A stretch of DNA of 34,970 bases from an uncultured Bacillales bacterium (lineage in GTDB: Bacteria > Bacillota_I > Bacilli_A > RF39 > UBA660), in the NCBI GenBank assembly GCA_947303225.1, contig CAMYXG010000001.1, positions 1 through 34,970 on the forward strand, given 5' to 3'. The position numbers and the translations under genes were made by a program. Under the pieces are notes generated by a model. The model did no database searches, was not told the DNA's origin, and saw only the letters and a program-made list of their open reading frames with translations. Every line of letters starts with the position of its first letter. Position 1 is the stretch's first letter. Positions 1 to 9,174 of the stretch are shown here, piece after piece.

Positions 1-1
1 A

Positions 2-583
2 AGTAAGTCAGCAATGAAAGGTTATTATAATAAACCAGAATTAACAGAGAAAACTTTTGAGGATGGAAGAGTTAGAACAGGTGATTTAGCTGAGATAGAT
101 GAAAATGGTTTTATTTATATCTGGGGTAGAGTGAAGGATTCAATAGATAGTACTGATAATGAAAAAATCTATTTATTTGATATAGCAAATAAAATAAAAG
201 AAAAAAACTTTATCAATGATGCTTTAGTTTTATCAATGCCATTAAAAGATAATAGTAATAATTTAGTTGCTCATATTGTGTGGAATGGAGATTTATCAGA
301 ATCTGAAAAGATTAATAATATTAAAGAATTAAATAATTTATTAAGGGATTTTCTTCCTATGGGAGTAACAGTATCTGCCTATTATGAGCATAGTATTATG
401 ATTCCTTATTCACCAACCACTATGAAAAAGGATAAAAATAAATTATCGCATCAATTGTCTGGTTATATTCAAGAACAAGATGGAGAATTAAAAGAGGTGG
501 AATTTCTTCCTGAGAATGAAGGATATTATTCAATGAAGATTAGACCTAGAACAAAAAATAAAGTTTTTTCATTAAAAAAATAA
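2..583 (+). CDS. AMP-dependent synthetase/ligase (ANL superfamily), C-terminal part; the 5' end lies upstream of the window
   Basis: The frame is open from base 2 (SKSA precedes the ATG at 14). MKGYYNKPELTEKTF...DGRVRTGDLAEIDENGFIYIWGRVKD matches the conserved GY-N-PE-T / TGD / GR-x-KD motifs of adenylate-forming enzymes. A hairpin terminator follows. Confidence 0.75.
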   Translation, partial: SKSAMKGYYNKPELTEKTFEDGRVRTGDLAEIDENGFIYIWGRVKDSIDSTDNEKIYLFDIANKIKEKNFINDALVLSMPLKDNSNNLVAHIVWNGDLSESEKINNIKELNNLLRDFLPMGVTVSAYYEHSIMIPYSPTTMKKDKNKLSHQLSGYIQEQDGELKEVEFLPENEGYYSMKIRPRTKNKVFSLKK

Positions 584-617
584 ACTAAGATTATAGAAAT
601 TTTCTTAGTTTTTTTTT
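583..617 (+). terminator. Rho-independent terminator
   Basis: An 8-bp stem aactaaga (583-590) pairs with tcttagtt (603-610), followed by a T-run at 611-617. Confidence 0.7.
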
Positions 618-690
618 ATAAAAATAGAAGTATATGCTATAATAAAGTTAGTATTGTAAGTTATAGTGATAATAAAGTGAGGTGTAGTTT

Positions 691-3240
691 ATGTGGAATA
701 TTATTTTTTTAATTACTGGGCTTTTTTTTATTGTATTATTAATGATAATATTTTTTTCCAAAGAAGTAATTGACTCAATGGAAAATAAATATTTTAAGAC
801 TTTATTAGTAGCCAATTTAGTAGGTTATGTTATTGAAATTCCATTGCAAGTATTAGTTCGAGTTTATGGTATTGAGTATCAATTTGTTGATTTATTTGTA
901 AGATTATATTTGGTTGCTATTTTTACATGGTTTTTCTTGTTTTCAATTTATACTTTTGTAGTTTGTCTAGATAATACAAATGAAGAAAAATATAATAAAC
1001 GTTTAAATACATTTAGGATAGTGAATATGCTATATTGGATTATTGGTGTTATATCATTATTAATTCTTAATATTGATAAGTATCATTCTTTAGATAAAAT
1101 GTATGCGTATGGTGCAGCTGTATATGCATTGAGAGTATTATCTGGTATTTATGTTGTTTTATTTATTATATTATTAATTAAAAATTATCGGCAACTTAAA
1201 AATAAAAAATATATTCCTATCTTTCTTATTCTTTTTCTATTAGTGTTAAACGTTATTATTCAGGCAATAGATCCAAGTATATTAATTGCTACGATGGTTG
1301 GAACTTTTATTTGTTATACAATGTCTTTTACAATTGAAAATCCTGATGTTAAGATGATTCAACAGTTAGAATATGCAAAAGAAACTGCTGATAAGGCTAA
1401 TCGGGCTAAGACTGATTTCTTAAGTAGTATGTCTCATGAGATTAGGACTCCTTTGAATGCTATTGTTGGTTTTAGTGATTGTATAATGGAAGCTAAAGAT
1501 TTGGGAGAAGCTCAAGAGAATGCTAAGGATATTGTTAATGCTAGTAAAACGTTATTAGAGATTGTTAATGGTATTTTGGATATTTCTAAGATAGAAGCTG
1601 GTAAGATTGAGATTGTTAATTCTACTTATAAAGCTCCTGATACTTTCCTAGAACTTGCTAAGTTGATTACTCCTAAGATGAAAGAAAAGGGATTAGATTT
1701 TACTTATAAGATTGCTCCTGATTTACCAAAAACATTATATGGAGATCATGCTAATTTGAAGAAAATTGTTACTAATTTGCTTAGTAATGCTTGCAAGTAT
1801 ACAGAACATGGTTATGTTCATTATGAAGTAAACTGTGTTAATACAAAAGATGTTTCTAAATTAATTATTTCTGTTGAAGATTCTGGTCGAGGTATAAAAC
1901 GTGAAAACATTGATAAAATGTTTACAAAATTTCAAAGATTGGATGAAGATAGAAATACTACGATTGAAGGAACTGGATTAGGTTTAGCAATTACAAAGCA
2001 ATTAATTGAATTAATGGGTGGAAAGATTATTGTTCATACGGTTTATGGAGAAGGATCTAAGTTTACAGTTGTTTTAAATCAAAGAATTGAAGCAGTGGAT
2101 ACTACTGAACAGGGTCATAGGGTAAAAACAACATTAGATTTACATAATATTCGTATTCTACTTGTAGATGATACTGCACTTAACTTAAAAGTTGCGACAA
2201 AGTTATTAGAACGATATCAAGCAAATAATATTGTAACTTGTGATAGTGGTTTTGAATGTCTTGATAGAATTAAGCGTGGCGAGATTTATGATTTAATATT
2301 ACTTGATGATATGATGCCTAAAATGAGTGGAGTGGAAACTCTAAAAAAATTAAAAGAAATTCCTGGATTTAGAATTCCTACAGTTGCATTAACGGCAAAT
2401 GCAATCACTGGTATGAGAGAAAAATATTTAAGAGATGGGTTTGATGACTATTTAGCTAAACCAATTGAGAAAGAACAGTTGATTCAAGTTGTTAATCAAA
2501 TTTTAGGTCGTAATGTTACAGAAGAGTTAGATTTTTCTAAGGAAGAAAAAATTACGAGTTATATGAATGGTCCTGTTACTCCTTCTATTCGTGGAGAAGA
2601 AATTCCTCAAGTAGATGATTTTGATAAAGCTGAGGAAGAGCGTAAGAAAAATGCAATTATTCCAGTTGAAGATAATATTGAAGAAATATTAGGTGATCAA
2701 TTAGATCGTAATTATGAGGAAGAAGAGGTTACATTAAATCCTACACCTGTTTCTGTTGAACATATTGAGAATGTTGAAGTGCTAGAAGATTCTTCTTCAG
2801 ATGTTCAGCCGATAGAGTTAATTCCTGTTGTGGATATTGATTTACCTACTGAGAAACTTGAGAAGGTTTATGATCGTAGTTATTTAGAAGAGAATGGGGT
2901 AGATGTTAATCACGCTTTAGAACTACTTGGAGATATGGATATGTATAATATGACAATATCTGATTTTATGAGTGAAGTAGAAGATAAGTGGAGACAGATT
3001 ATTGAATATAAAGATAGTAATAATATGTCAGAATATGCTATATTAGTTCATTCTTTAAAGAGTGATTGTAAGTATTTGGGATTTATGAAGTTAGCTGATA
3101 TTAGTTATCAGCATGAGTTAAAGAGTAAGGAAAATGATAGTGAGTTTGTTAATAGTCATTTTTCTGAGCTTGAAGAGGAATATAAAAAAGTTCTTGTAAT
3201 AGCAAAGACTTATGTGGAACATAATCCTGTTGAAAATTAA
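691..3240 (+). CDS. Hybrid sensor histidine kinase (polytopic membrane N-terminus, HisKA, HATPase, receiver, HPt)
   Basis: About 210 aa of hydrophobic N-terminus. H-box SHEIRTPLNAI. ATPase boxes NLLSNACKYT, EDSGRGI and GTGLGLAITKQL. Receiver motifs ILLVDD, LILLDDMMPKMSG and YLAKPI. C-terminal HPt-like HSLKSDCKYLG. Confidence 0.9.
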   Translation: MWNIIFLITGLFFIVLLMIIFFSKEVIDSMENKYFKTLLVANLVGYVIEIPLQVLVRVYGIEYQFVDLFVRLYLVAIFTWFFLFSIYTFVVCLDNTNEEKYNKRLNTFRIVNMLYWIIGVISLLILNIDKYHSLDKMYAYGAAVYALRVLSGIYVVLFIILLIKNYRQLKNKKYIPIFLILFLLVLNVIIQAIDPSILIATMVGTFICYTMSFTIENPDVKMIQQLEYAKETADKANRAKTDFLSSMSHEIRTPLNAIVGFSDCIMEAKDLGEAQENAKDIVNASKTLLEIVNGILDISKIEAGKIEIVNSTYKAPDTFLELAKLITPKMKEKGLDFTYKIAPDLPKTLYGDHANLKKIVTNLLSNACKYTEHGYVHYEVNCVNTKDVSKLIISVEDSGRGIKRENIDKMFTKFQRLDEDRNTTIEGTGLGLAITKQLIELMGGKIIVHTVYGEGSKFTVVLNQRIEAVDTTEQGHRVKTTLDLHNIRILLVDDTALNLKVATKLLERYQANNIVTCDSGFECLDRIKRGEIYDLILLDDMMPKMSGVETLKKLKEIPGFRIPTVALTANAITGMREKYLRDGFDDYLAKPIEKEQLIQVVNQILGRNVTEELDFSKEEKITSYMNGPVTPSIRGEEIPQVDDFDKAEEERKKNAIIPVEDNIEEILGDQLDRNYEEEEVTLNPTPVSVEHIENVEVLEDSSSDVQPIELIPVVDIDLPTEKLEKVYDRSYLEENGVDVNHALELLGDMDMYNMTISDFMSEVEDKWRQIIEYKDSNNMSEYAILVHSLKSDCKYLGFMKLADISYQHELKSKENDSEFVNSHFSELEEEYKKVLVIAKTYVEHNPVEN

Positions 3241-3272
3241 GAATAAAGCTTTTTTAAAACTTTATTCTTTTT
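3241..3272 (+). terminator. Rho-independent terminator
   Basis: Stem gaataaag (3241-3248) pairs with ctttattc (3260-3267), followed by ttttt. Confidence 0.7.
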
Positions 3273-3301
3273 GTATGTTATAATTAGAGTGAGGTTAGAA
3301 T

Positions 3302-3865
3302 ATGAGACTAAAAGAATTTATGATATTTATATTGATTTTTACTATTTGTTATATTGTCTTTTTTATTATCTTTGATAAGATTTGTATAATAAGGTCTATT
3401 AGAAAACAAAAAAAGTTAGCTAGGTCTTTAATTCATGGTGATCAGTATCTTATTTTTGCTAAGTTTTATGGAATTGAAGGGATTGCATCTTCTGATTTAA
3501 TATTTTCTGTTTTTGATTATTTACGTGATCACTATGAAAAATCACTTTCTTCTTTGGCTTCTTCTTATGGAGTTAGTAATTATGAAATGATTGTTATTCT
3601 TTTATATTTAGAGTACTTAAAATTAATTCCTAAAAAATGTTTTTCTTTGGATGATGATTATTTACAAAGTACTTCTTTTATTGATCAAAATATGATACAA
3701 AAATATGCTATTTTCTTTCAAAATAAGAATGATTTTCAAAGTATATCTTCTTCAGTGGGCGGAAATGTTTCTAATGACTTAGAATATATGGATAAGCATT
3801 TTTTAATGCCAGGAGTTCGTTTTGTTGATTCTAAGCTTTATTATGTAGGTGATTGTCATGAATAA
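3302..3865 (+). CDS. Hypothetical protein with a single N-terminal transmembrane segment
   Basis: Long ORF with RBS gaggt upstream and a hydrophobic N-terminus (FMIFILIFTICYIVFFIIF). It overlaps the next gene by 17 nt, suggesting an operon. No family recognised. Confidence 0.7.
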   Translation: MRLKEFMIFILIFTICYIVFFIIFDKICIIRSIRKQKKLARSLIHGDQYLIFAKFYGIEGIASSDLIFSVFDYLRDHYEKSLSSLASSYGVSNYEMIVILLYLEYLKLIPKKCFSLDDDYLQSTSFIDQNMIQKYAIFFQNKNDFQSISSSVGGNVSNDLEYMDKHFLMPGVRFVDSKLYYVGDCHE

Positions 3866-4724
3866 AAGAGTTATTATTTATTTTGTTTTGATTGTTTTCT
3901 TTTTTCTTTTTAATTTTTATTTTAGGCCTATTTCTGGTAATCCTTTTGTTACTAGTGAATATAAAAATACTTCTTCTTATATTAATGATTTATATTATAG
4001 TGAAGAATATTTTAAAAAAAAGTTACTTAATAAGGATGAATACATTATGTATGATAAAATGATTGAAGCTAGTTTGAAGAATGAATCGGAGGTTTCTATT
4101 CCTTGTGTTTCGAGAAATTGTACTAGTGCTTTTGTTAATTCTTATTATGCTATTTACTTAGATCATCCGGAATTAATTAGCTTTTTGGGAATTCATAGTT
4201 ATCGCGAAGAAGATGGTTTTCTTACTTATCATAATTATCAGAATTTGAGTAGTATTAAGAATTATTTTGCTACTAGAAGAATTGAGAGAGAAATGGAGAA
4301 TATTCGTAAAGATACTAAGAATATGAATGAAAAAGAAAAAATTATTTATGTTTATGATTATGTAGCAGCTCATCAATATGATCGCTTATTTACTTATATT
4401 GGAACTAATCAATCAGCTTATAGTTTCTTTACGAAAGGAAGTTCAGTATGTGCTGGTTTTGCTAAGGCATCTCAGCTTATTTTTCAAAATATTGGTATTT
4501 CATCTTATTTAGTATTATCTTCTGATCATATGTGGAATTATGTTGAGTATAAGGGAAAATACTATGTTTTTGATGCTACTATGGGAGCTAGTTTATCTGA
4601 TAAAAAGAATGTTCATTTTTATGATGGATTAGGGGAAACAACTACAGGTTCTAGTGTTGGATTGTTTTCGGAGAATTATCCTGTTATTGAAGAAACTGCT
4701 TTAAAGGATATTTTTAAATTATAA
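3849..4724 (+). CDS. Transglutaminase-like (cysteine protease fold) domain protein, N-terminally anchored
   Basis: GSSVCAGFAKASQLIFQNIGISSYLVLSSDHMWNYVEYKGKYYVFDAT fits the Cys...His...Asp transglutaminase-core pattern. N-terminal TM segment. Confidence 0.75.
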   Translation: MIVMNKRVIIYFVLIVFFFLFNFYFRPISGNPFVTSEYKNTSSYINDLYYSEEYFKKKLLNKDEYIMYDKMIEASLKNESEVSIPCVSRNCTSAFVNSYYAIYLDHPELISFLGIHSYREEDGFLTYHNYQNLSSIKNYFATRRIEREMENIRKDTKNMNEKEKIIYVYDYVAAHQYDRLFTYIGTNQSAYSFFTKGSSVCAGFAKASQLIFQNIGISSYLVLSSDHMWNYVEYKGKYYVFDATMGASLSDKKNVHFYDGLGETTTGSSVGLFSENYPVIEETALKDIFKL

Positions 4725-4747
4725 AGCATCACTTTTCAGTGATGCTT
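4724..4747. terminator. Bidirectional hairpin terminator between convergent genes
   Basis: A perfect 10-bp stem aagcatcact (4724-4733) pairs with agtgatgctt (4738-4747) around loop tttc. It lies between the + gene ending at 4724 and the - gene ending at 4746. Confidence 0.7.
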
Positions 4748-5204
4748 AAATGTTTAATAGATAGATACTAAGAGATAGAATGGTTGCAAATAGGGATAAT
4801 GCTATGTAAGGTATTAATAATTTTGAAACTTTATTATTTAAGAGTGAAGTTTCTTCATACAGAAATAGGGTTGATAGAAAAGTTCCTAGACAGGATACAA
4901 ATCCTAAGAAGTTATTTTTTAAACCGAAGAAGACTATTGTATAACTTTGATTCAATATATAATTTAGTAATAAAGTTACTTTATAGTTCTTAGGAATATC
5001 TCTCCATTTTTGAGATATGATGATATTGTAGGTAGTAATTGATATCAATATGTAAATGATTGTCCAAGCAATTGGGTAAAATATTCTTGGTGGGGCAAAG
5101 AATGGTTTTATAATTGTGTTATAATAATTGTAATCAACTGGTATAATATTATTAAGAAACCAGGGTAATAAGCATAAAATAAATAAAAGTATCTTTTTTA
5201 TCAT
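4746..5204 (-). CDS. tspO: TspO/MBR family tryptophan-rich sensory protein
   Basis: 152-aa five-TM protein. FFAPPRIFYPIAWTIIYILISITTY and LNQSYTIVFFGLKN resemble the conserved TspO motifs. Confidence 0.75.
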   Translation of the reverse strand: MIKKILLFILCLLPWFLNNIIPVDYNYYNTIIKPFFAPPRIFYPIAWTIIYILISITTYNIIISQKWRDIPKNYKVTLLLNYILNQSYTIVFFGLKNNFLGFVSCLGTFLSTLFLYEETSLLNNKVSKLLIPYIALSLFATILSLSIYLLNI

Positions 5205-5275
5205 ATTTTCATCTCCTCTTTTCTTATTTTATGTTTTATTGTATAATATTATTAGTTTTTTTTAGGAGGGATTTT

Positions 5276-6433
5276 ATGGAAGGTGAATTAATGCTTGATG
5301 ATAAGAGTGTTATTACAATGAAATTATTGCATTATTTTATTACTGAAAAAAATTATAATCCCATTATATTGCAAGGGGTTGAGAATGAAATATGGTTGGA
5401 AAATTTGGAAGAAGATTGTAAGGTTGTTCGTATTGTTTCTAATTATATTCATAATGATGAACAGTTTAATTTTGATGAATTTAAGACAAAAAGAATTGTT
5501 CAGAAGATAAAGAGAAAGACATTTTCACTTCATATTAATGTGATGAGTATTTTTTTGGATATGGGAGATAATGTTTCTAGGGATATAAATCATGATTCTA
5601 ATTTGATGTGTATTAATGTAAAAGAAGAAAATGATATTAAAAAGAATGATATTATTAAAAAAGTTTTTCCTGATTTAGGAAGTAAAATGAAGTACACAGA
5701 GAAAGGTGTAGAATTATTTGCTAAAATAACAAGTGATATTAATCGACATAATCGAGAAGATGCTAGTCGAATGGAGAAATTATTTAGAAGTAAAGTTCCT
5801 TATGTTACGTATTTCTTAATCTTAGTTAATATTATATTCTTTGTTGTTCCGATGTTATTTGGTTATGATGCTTATAATTCTATTGTTGAAAAGTATTGTA
5901 TTCATGGGCCTAGTATTCGTGTAGGGCAGTATTACCGCTTATTTACTGGAATATTACTGCATGGTGGATTTATGCATTTAGCTTTTAACTGCTATTCTTT
6001 ATATGTTATTGGTGCTCAGATTGAAAACTTTTTAGGAAAAGTAAAATTTTTGGTTATCTATTTATTCTCTGGTTTGATTGGTGCTTTATTTTCTATTACT
6101 TTTGGTGGAGGTGCAGCATCTATCGGAGCTAGTGGAGCTATCTTTGGATTAATGGGTGCTTTGCTTTATTTTGGATATTATTATCGAGTATATCTTGGAA
6201 ATGTTGTGAAGAGTCAAATTCTTCCTTTGATTGTATTAAACTTAGGAATTGGATTTATTACTCCTGGAATTGATAATTTTGCTCATATTGGGGGACTTAT
6301 TGGAGGTTTGTTGATGACAATGGCTTTGGGAGTAAAAGATAAAACTTCTTCTTTTGAAAGAATAAATGGATGGATTATTGTAGCTATTTTTACTATTTTT
6401 ATTTCATATTTTGCTTTTATCTATAGTGCTTAG
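5276..6433 (+). CDS. Rhomboid family intramembrane serine protease with an N-terminal cytoplasmic extension
   Basis: HGGFMHLAFNCYSLYVIG, the catalytic GASGAIFGLMGA and AHIGGLIGG. I place the start at ATG 5276, 5 nt after RBS taggaggg, rather than at the track start 5231. Confidence 0.9.
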   Translation: MEGELMLDDKSVITMKLLHYFITEKNYNPIILQGVENEIWLENLEEDCKVVRIVSNYIHNDEQFNFDEFKTKRIVQKIKRKTFSLHINVMSIFLDMGDNVSRDINHDSNLMCINVKEENDIKKNDIIKKVFPDLGSKMKYTEKGVELFAKITSDINRHNREDASRMEKLFRSKVPYVTYFLILVNIIFFVVPMLFGYDAYNSIVEKYCIHGPSIRVGQYYRLFTGILLHGGFMHLAFNCYSLYVIGAQIENFLGKVKFLVIYLFSGLIGALFSITFGGGAASIGASGAIFGLMGALLYFGYYYRVYLGNVVKSQILPLIVLNLGIGFITPGIDNFAHIGGLIGGLLMTMALGVKDKTSSFERINGWIIVAIFTIFISYFAFIYSA

Positions 6434-6497
6434 GTTGTAATTCAAAATAATAAATGTTAAAATAAATATAACTATAGAATATAGTGAGGTGATAATT

Positions 6498-6752
6498 ATG
6501 CCACAAGAACAGACAAGTTTGTTTGATATTCAAGAAATTGATACAGAATTAACCAGAAAAATCTTGAGAGAGGTTTATGAATCATTGGAGGAGAGAGGAT
6601 ATAATCCAACAAATCAGATTGTTGGATACTTGATTAGTGGAGATCCAGGATATATTTCTAGTTATAAAGATGCTAGAAATAAGATTCAAGAAATTGATCG
6701 CGCTAAGATAGTAGAAATTTTATTATTAGAATTTCAAAATAAGAAAAAATGA
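6498..6752 (+). CDS. ireB: IreB/YrzL (UPF0297) family regulatory phosphoprotein
   Basis: ILREVYESLEERGYNPTNQIVGYLISGDPGYISSYKDARNKIQEIDR is the conserved UPF0297 core. ATG 6498 follows RBS gaggtg. The track start at 6489 is a GTG inside the RBS. Confidence 0.85.
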   Translation: MPQEQTSLFDIQEIDTELTRKILREVYESLEERGYNPTNQIVGYLISGDPGYISSYKDARNKIQEIDRAKIVEILLLEFQNKKK

Positions 6753-7165
6753 GATATTTAGGTTTGGATTTAGGAAGTAGAACTTTAGGATTGGCTATTA
6801 GCGATGCGACTGGTTTTATTGCAAGTAGTTATCGAACAATACATCATAATGAAGAGTATGATAAGCTACTTAGTGAAGTGAAAGAAGTCGTTAAAGATTT
6901 AAACATTGAAGCAATTGTTTTGGGATATCCAAAGAATATGAATAATACGATTGGTCCTAAAGGTGAACTTAGTTTGAAATTTAAGAGTGAATTGGAGAAA
7001 ATATTAGAAATACCAATTTATTTGCAAGATGAGAGGTTATCTACGAAAAGTGCTACTGATGTGTTAATTCGTGGAAATGTTTCTAGAAAAAATCGAAAAA
7101 AAGTTGTGGATAGCTTAGCTGCCACGATTATCTTACAAAATTTTTTAGATAGGAGAGATTCATAA
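6749..7165 (+). CDS. ruvX: Holliday junction resolvase-like pre-16S rRNA nuclease RuvX (YqgF)
   Basis: MRYLGLDLGSRTLGLAISD and YLQDERLSTKSA motifs. ATGA start/stop overlap with the upstream gene. Conserved synteny. Confidence 0.9.
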   Translation: MRYLGLDLGSRTLGLAISDATGFIASSYRTIHHNEEYDKLLSEVKEVVKDLNIEAIVLGYPKNMNNTIGPKGELSLKFKSELEKILEIPIYLQDERLSTKSATDVLIRGNVSRKNRKKVVDSLAATIILQNFLDRRDS

Positions 7166-7462
7166 ATGAAAAAAAATACGTTTTCTATGTTAGATGAAAA
7201 TGGTAATGAGGTAGTATATGATGTTTTATTTACTTTTGAAAGTGATGAAACTCATAAAAATTATATTGTATATACGGATAATGAAAGGGATGCTAGTGGT
7301 AATATAGAGGTTTATGCTTCTATTTATTATCCTGATGATCCTCATAGTAAGTTGGAAGCAATTGAGACCGAAAAGGAATGGAAAGTAATTGAAACTATTC
7401 TTGATACATTACAAGAAGAAGTTCGTAATAAGAAGAATGAATTAGAAGATAATGAGCAATAG
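7166..7462 (+). CDS. DUF1292 (YrzB-like) protein
   Basis: Small acidic protein (DENGNEVVYDVLFTF...KNYIVYTD), located between ruvX and mltG as in Bacillus. Confidence 0.8.
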   Translation: MKKNTFSMLDENGNEVVYDVLFTFESDETHKNYIVYTDNERDASGNIEVYASIYYPDDPHSKLEAIETEKEWKVIETILDTLQEEVRNKKNELEDNEQ

Positions 7463-7487
7463 CTCTTTCTTTTATTCTGGAGGTTAT

Positions 7488-8525
7488 ATGATAGTAAAGA
7501 GAAAACCAAAACTACTTTTGATTTTAATTTTTTTTTCTGTTTTTCTCATTGTTATTGGAGGATTATGGCTTTTTTTATGTAGGCCAGTTAATTTTTTTGA
7601 CCATGATATTGTTGAAGTGCAAATTACTAGTGGGACTAGTACAAAGGAGATTTCTGATATATTAAAGGAAAAAAAATTAATTCGAAGTAGAATACTATTT
7701 GGAGTGTATATAAAATTAAATAGAGTATCTTCTTTAAAAGCTGGTACCTATCAGTTTCGAAGAGATATGTCTCTTTCTAAAATTGTTCAAACATTAGAAA
7801 GGGGAAGTAGTTATAATCCAAATTTGGTTGTTTTAACTTTTCATGAAGGTAAAAGAATAACGGATTATGCTAAGGTAATTGAGAAAAAAACAAATCATAC
7901 TTATGATGAAGTAATTGCTGTTTTTAAAGATAGAGATTATATGAAACAATTAATTGCTGAATATTGGTTTTTAACTGATGTTATTTTGAATGATGATATT
8001 TATTATCCTTTAGAGGGATATTTAGCACCGGATACTTATCATTTTGATAATAAAGATACTTACCCATATTTTCCATTGAATAAACCATATAAAGACTTAT
8101 TTGTAAATGAAATTCATCGATATTTAACAATGGCTTCTGTTGTGGAATTAGAGGGAACAAATACAGAAAATCGGAAGATGATTGTTGGTATTTTTGAAAA
8201 TCGACTTCATTCTGGAATGAATATGGGTAGTGATGTTACAACATATTATGGTTTACAAGTTGATATGACACAGGATTTATCTTCTAATCAGTTTTCAAGT
8301 GTAAATCCTTATAATACGAGATCAACTACAATGATTGGAAAATTGCCAATAGGACCTATTTGTACTCCTAGTTTATCTAGTATTGAAGCAAGTGTTCATC
8401 CAACAGATAGTGATTATTTATTCTTTGTTGCTGATAAACATGGTAATATATATTATACGAGGACGAATCAGGAGCATGATCAAAAAGTGGCGGAGATAAA
8501 GGCAAAAGGAGATTGGATTTGGTAA
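7488..8525 (+). CDS. mltG: Endolytic murein transglycosylase MltG (YceG-like)
   Basis: N-terminal TM segment, EGYLAPDTYHF, MASVVELEG and VGIFENRLHSGMNMGSDVTTYYG motifs. ATG 7488 sits 4 nt after ggagg (7479-7483). The track start 7452 overlaps the upstream gene. Confidence 0.9.
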   Translation: MIVKRKPKLLLILIFFSVFLIVIGGLWLFLCRPVNFFDHDIVEVQITSGTSTKEISDILKEKKLIRSRILFGVYIKLNRVSSLKAGTYQFRRDMSLSKIVQTLERGSSYNPNLVVLTFHEGKRITDYAKVIEKKTNHTYDEVIAVFKDRDYMKQLIAEYWFLTDVILNDDIYYPLEGYLAPDTYHFDNKDTYPYFPLNKPYKDLFVNEIHRYLTMASVVELEGTNTENRKMIVGIFENRLHSGMNMGSDVTTYYGLQVDMTQDLSSNQFSSVNPYNTRSTTMIGKLPIGPICTPSLSSIEASVHPTDSDYLFFVADKHGNIYYTRTNQEHDQKVAEIKAKGDWIW

Positions 8526-8526
8526 T

Positions 8527-9117
8527 ATGACAAAAGAAGATATTTTGAATCGTATAAAGGAAGATGCGTTGAATCAACAAGTTCCTATTATTTCTGATGA
8601 AGGTATTCAGTATTTAACACAGTATATACAAAAACATTCTGTTCATCGAATTTTAGAGGTAGGGGCAGCTGTTGGTTATTCTGCTATTATGATGTGTATG
8701 GCAGCAGATGATGTGACTGTTACTACTATTGAAAGAGATGAAACTCGTTATTTAGAAGCTTTGAAGAATATTAAACAAATGGGATTAGAAGATTGTATTC
8801 AGCTACTTTATCATGATGCTTTTGATGTATCTTTAGAAGAAGAATTTGATTTAATTTTTATTGATGCTGCAAAAGCTCAGAATCAAAAATTCTTTGAAAA
8901 GTTTGAGAAGAATTTAAGTTCTACGGGTACTATTATTACTGATAATATTGATTTTCATGGATTAGTAAATCGAGATTTGCAAGATATTCAAAGTAAAAAC
9001 TTGAGACAGATGGTTCGTAAGATTAAAAACTATATTTCTTTTTTGGAAGATAATACTCATTATAGAACTCGATTCTTAAAATTAGGAGATGGACTTGCTG
9101 TTAGTACGAGAATTTAA
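8527..9117 (+). CDS. trmR: Class I SAM-dependent O-methyltransferase (YrrM/TrmR-like)
   Basis: SAM-binding ILEVGAAVGYSAIMM and IFIDAAKAQ. The gene symbol rests on the yrrM-yrrN-yrrO-type synteny with the two U32 genes downstream. Confidence 0.7.
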   Translation: MTKEDILNRIKEDALNQQVPIISDEGIQYLTQYIQKHSVHRILEVGAAVGYSAIMMCMAADDVTVTTIERDETRYLEALKNIKQMGLEDCIQLLYHDAFDVSLEEEFDLIFIDAAKAQNQKFFEKFEKNLSSTGTIITDNIDFHGLVNRDLQDIQSKNLRQMVRKIKNYISFLEDNTHYRTRFLKLGDGLAVSTRI

Positions 9118-9140
9118 AAGAAAGTAATCTTTCTTTTTTT
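9117..9140 (+). terminator. Weak AT-rich hairpin terminator or attenuator
   Basis: Stem aaagaaag (9117-9124) pairs with ctttcttt (9129-9136) around loop taat, followed by a T-run. Confidence 0.45.
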
Positions 9141-9174
9141 CTTTCAATGATATATAATATGTGGGAGGTGTCAT

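Noticed and set aside
4173-4993. Small ORFs 4173-4376 (-) and 4784-4993 (+). The same class includes 8377-8580 (-), 10449-10661 (+), 13350-13547 (-), 20563-20814 (-), 28668-28853 (-), 29305-29505 (+), 34439-34657 (-) and 34515-34808 (-).
   Set aside because: Each is embedded in, or antisense to, a longer ORF with recognisable family motifs (transglutaminase-like, TspO, MltG, U32, GreA, ATPase and others). None has a convincing RBS or promoter.
5231-5275. N-terminal extensions implied by the ORF track (5231, 6489, 7452, 13140, 20053, 21569, 31939).
   Set aside because: In each case a downstream in-frame ATG sits 4-10 nt after a strong GGAGG-like RBS. The track start either overlaps the upstream gene, lies inside the RBS, or adds a non-conserved hydrophobic stub.
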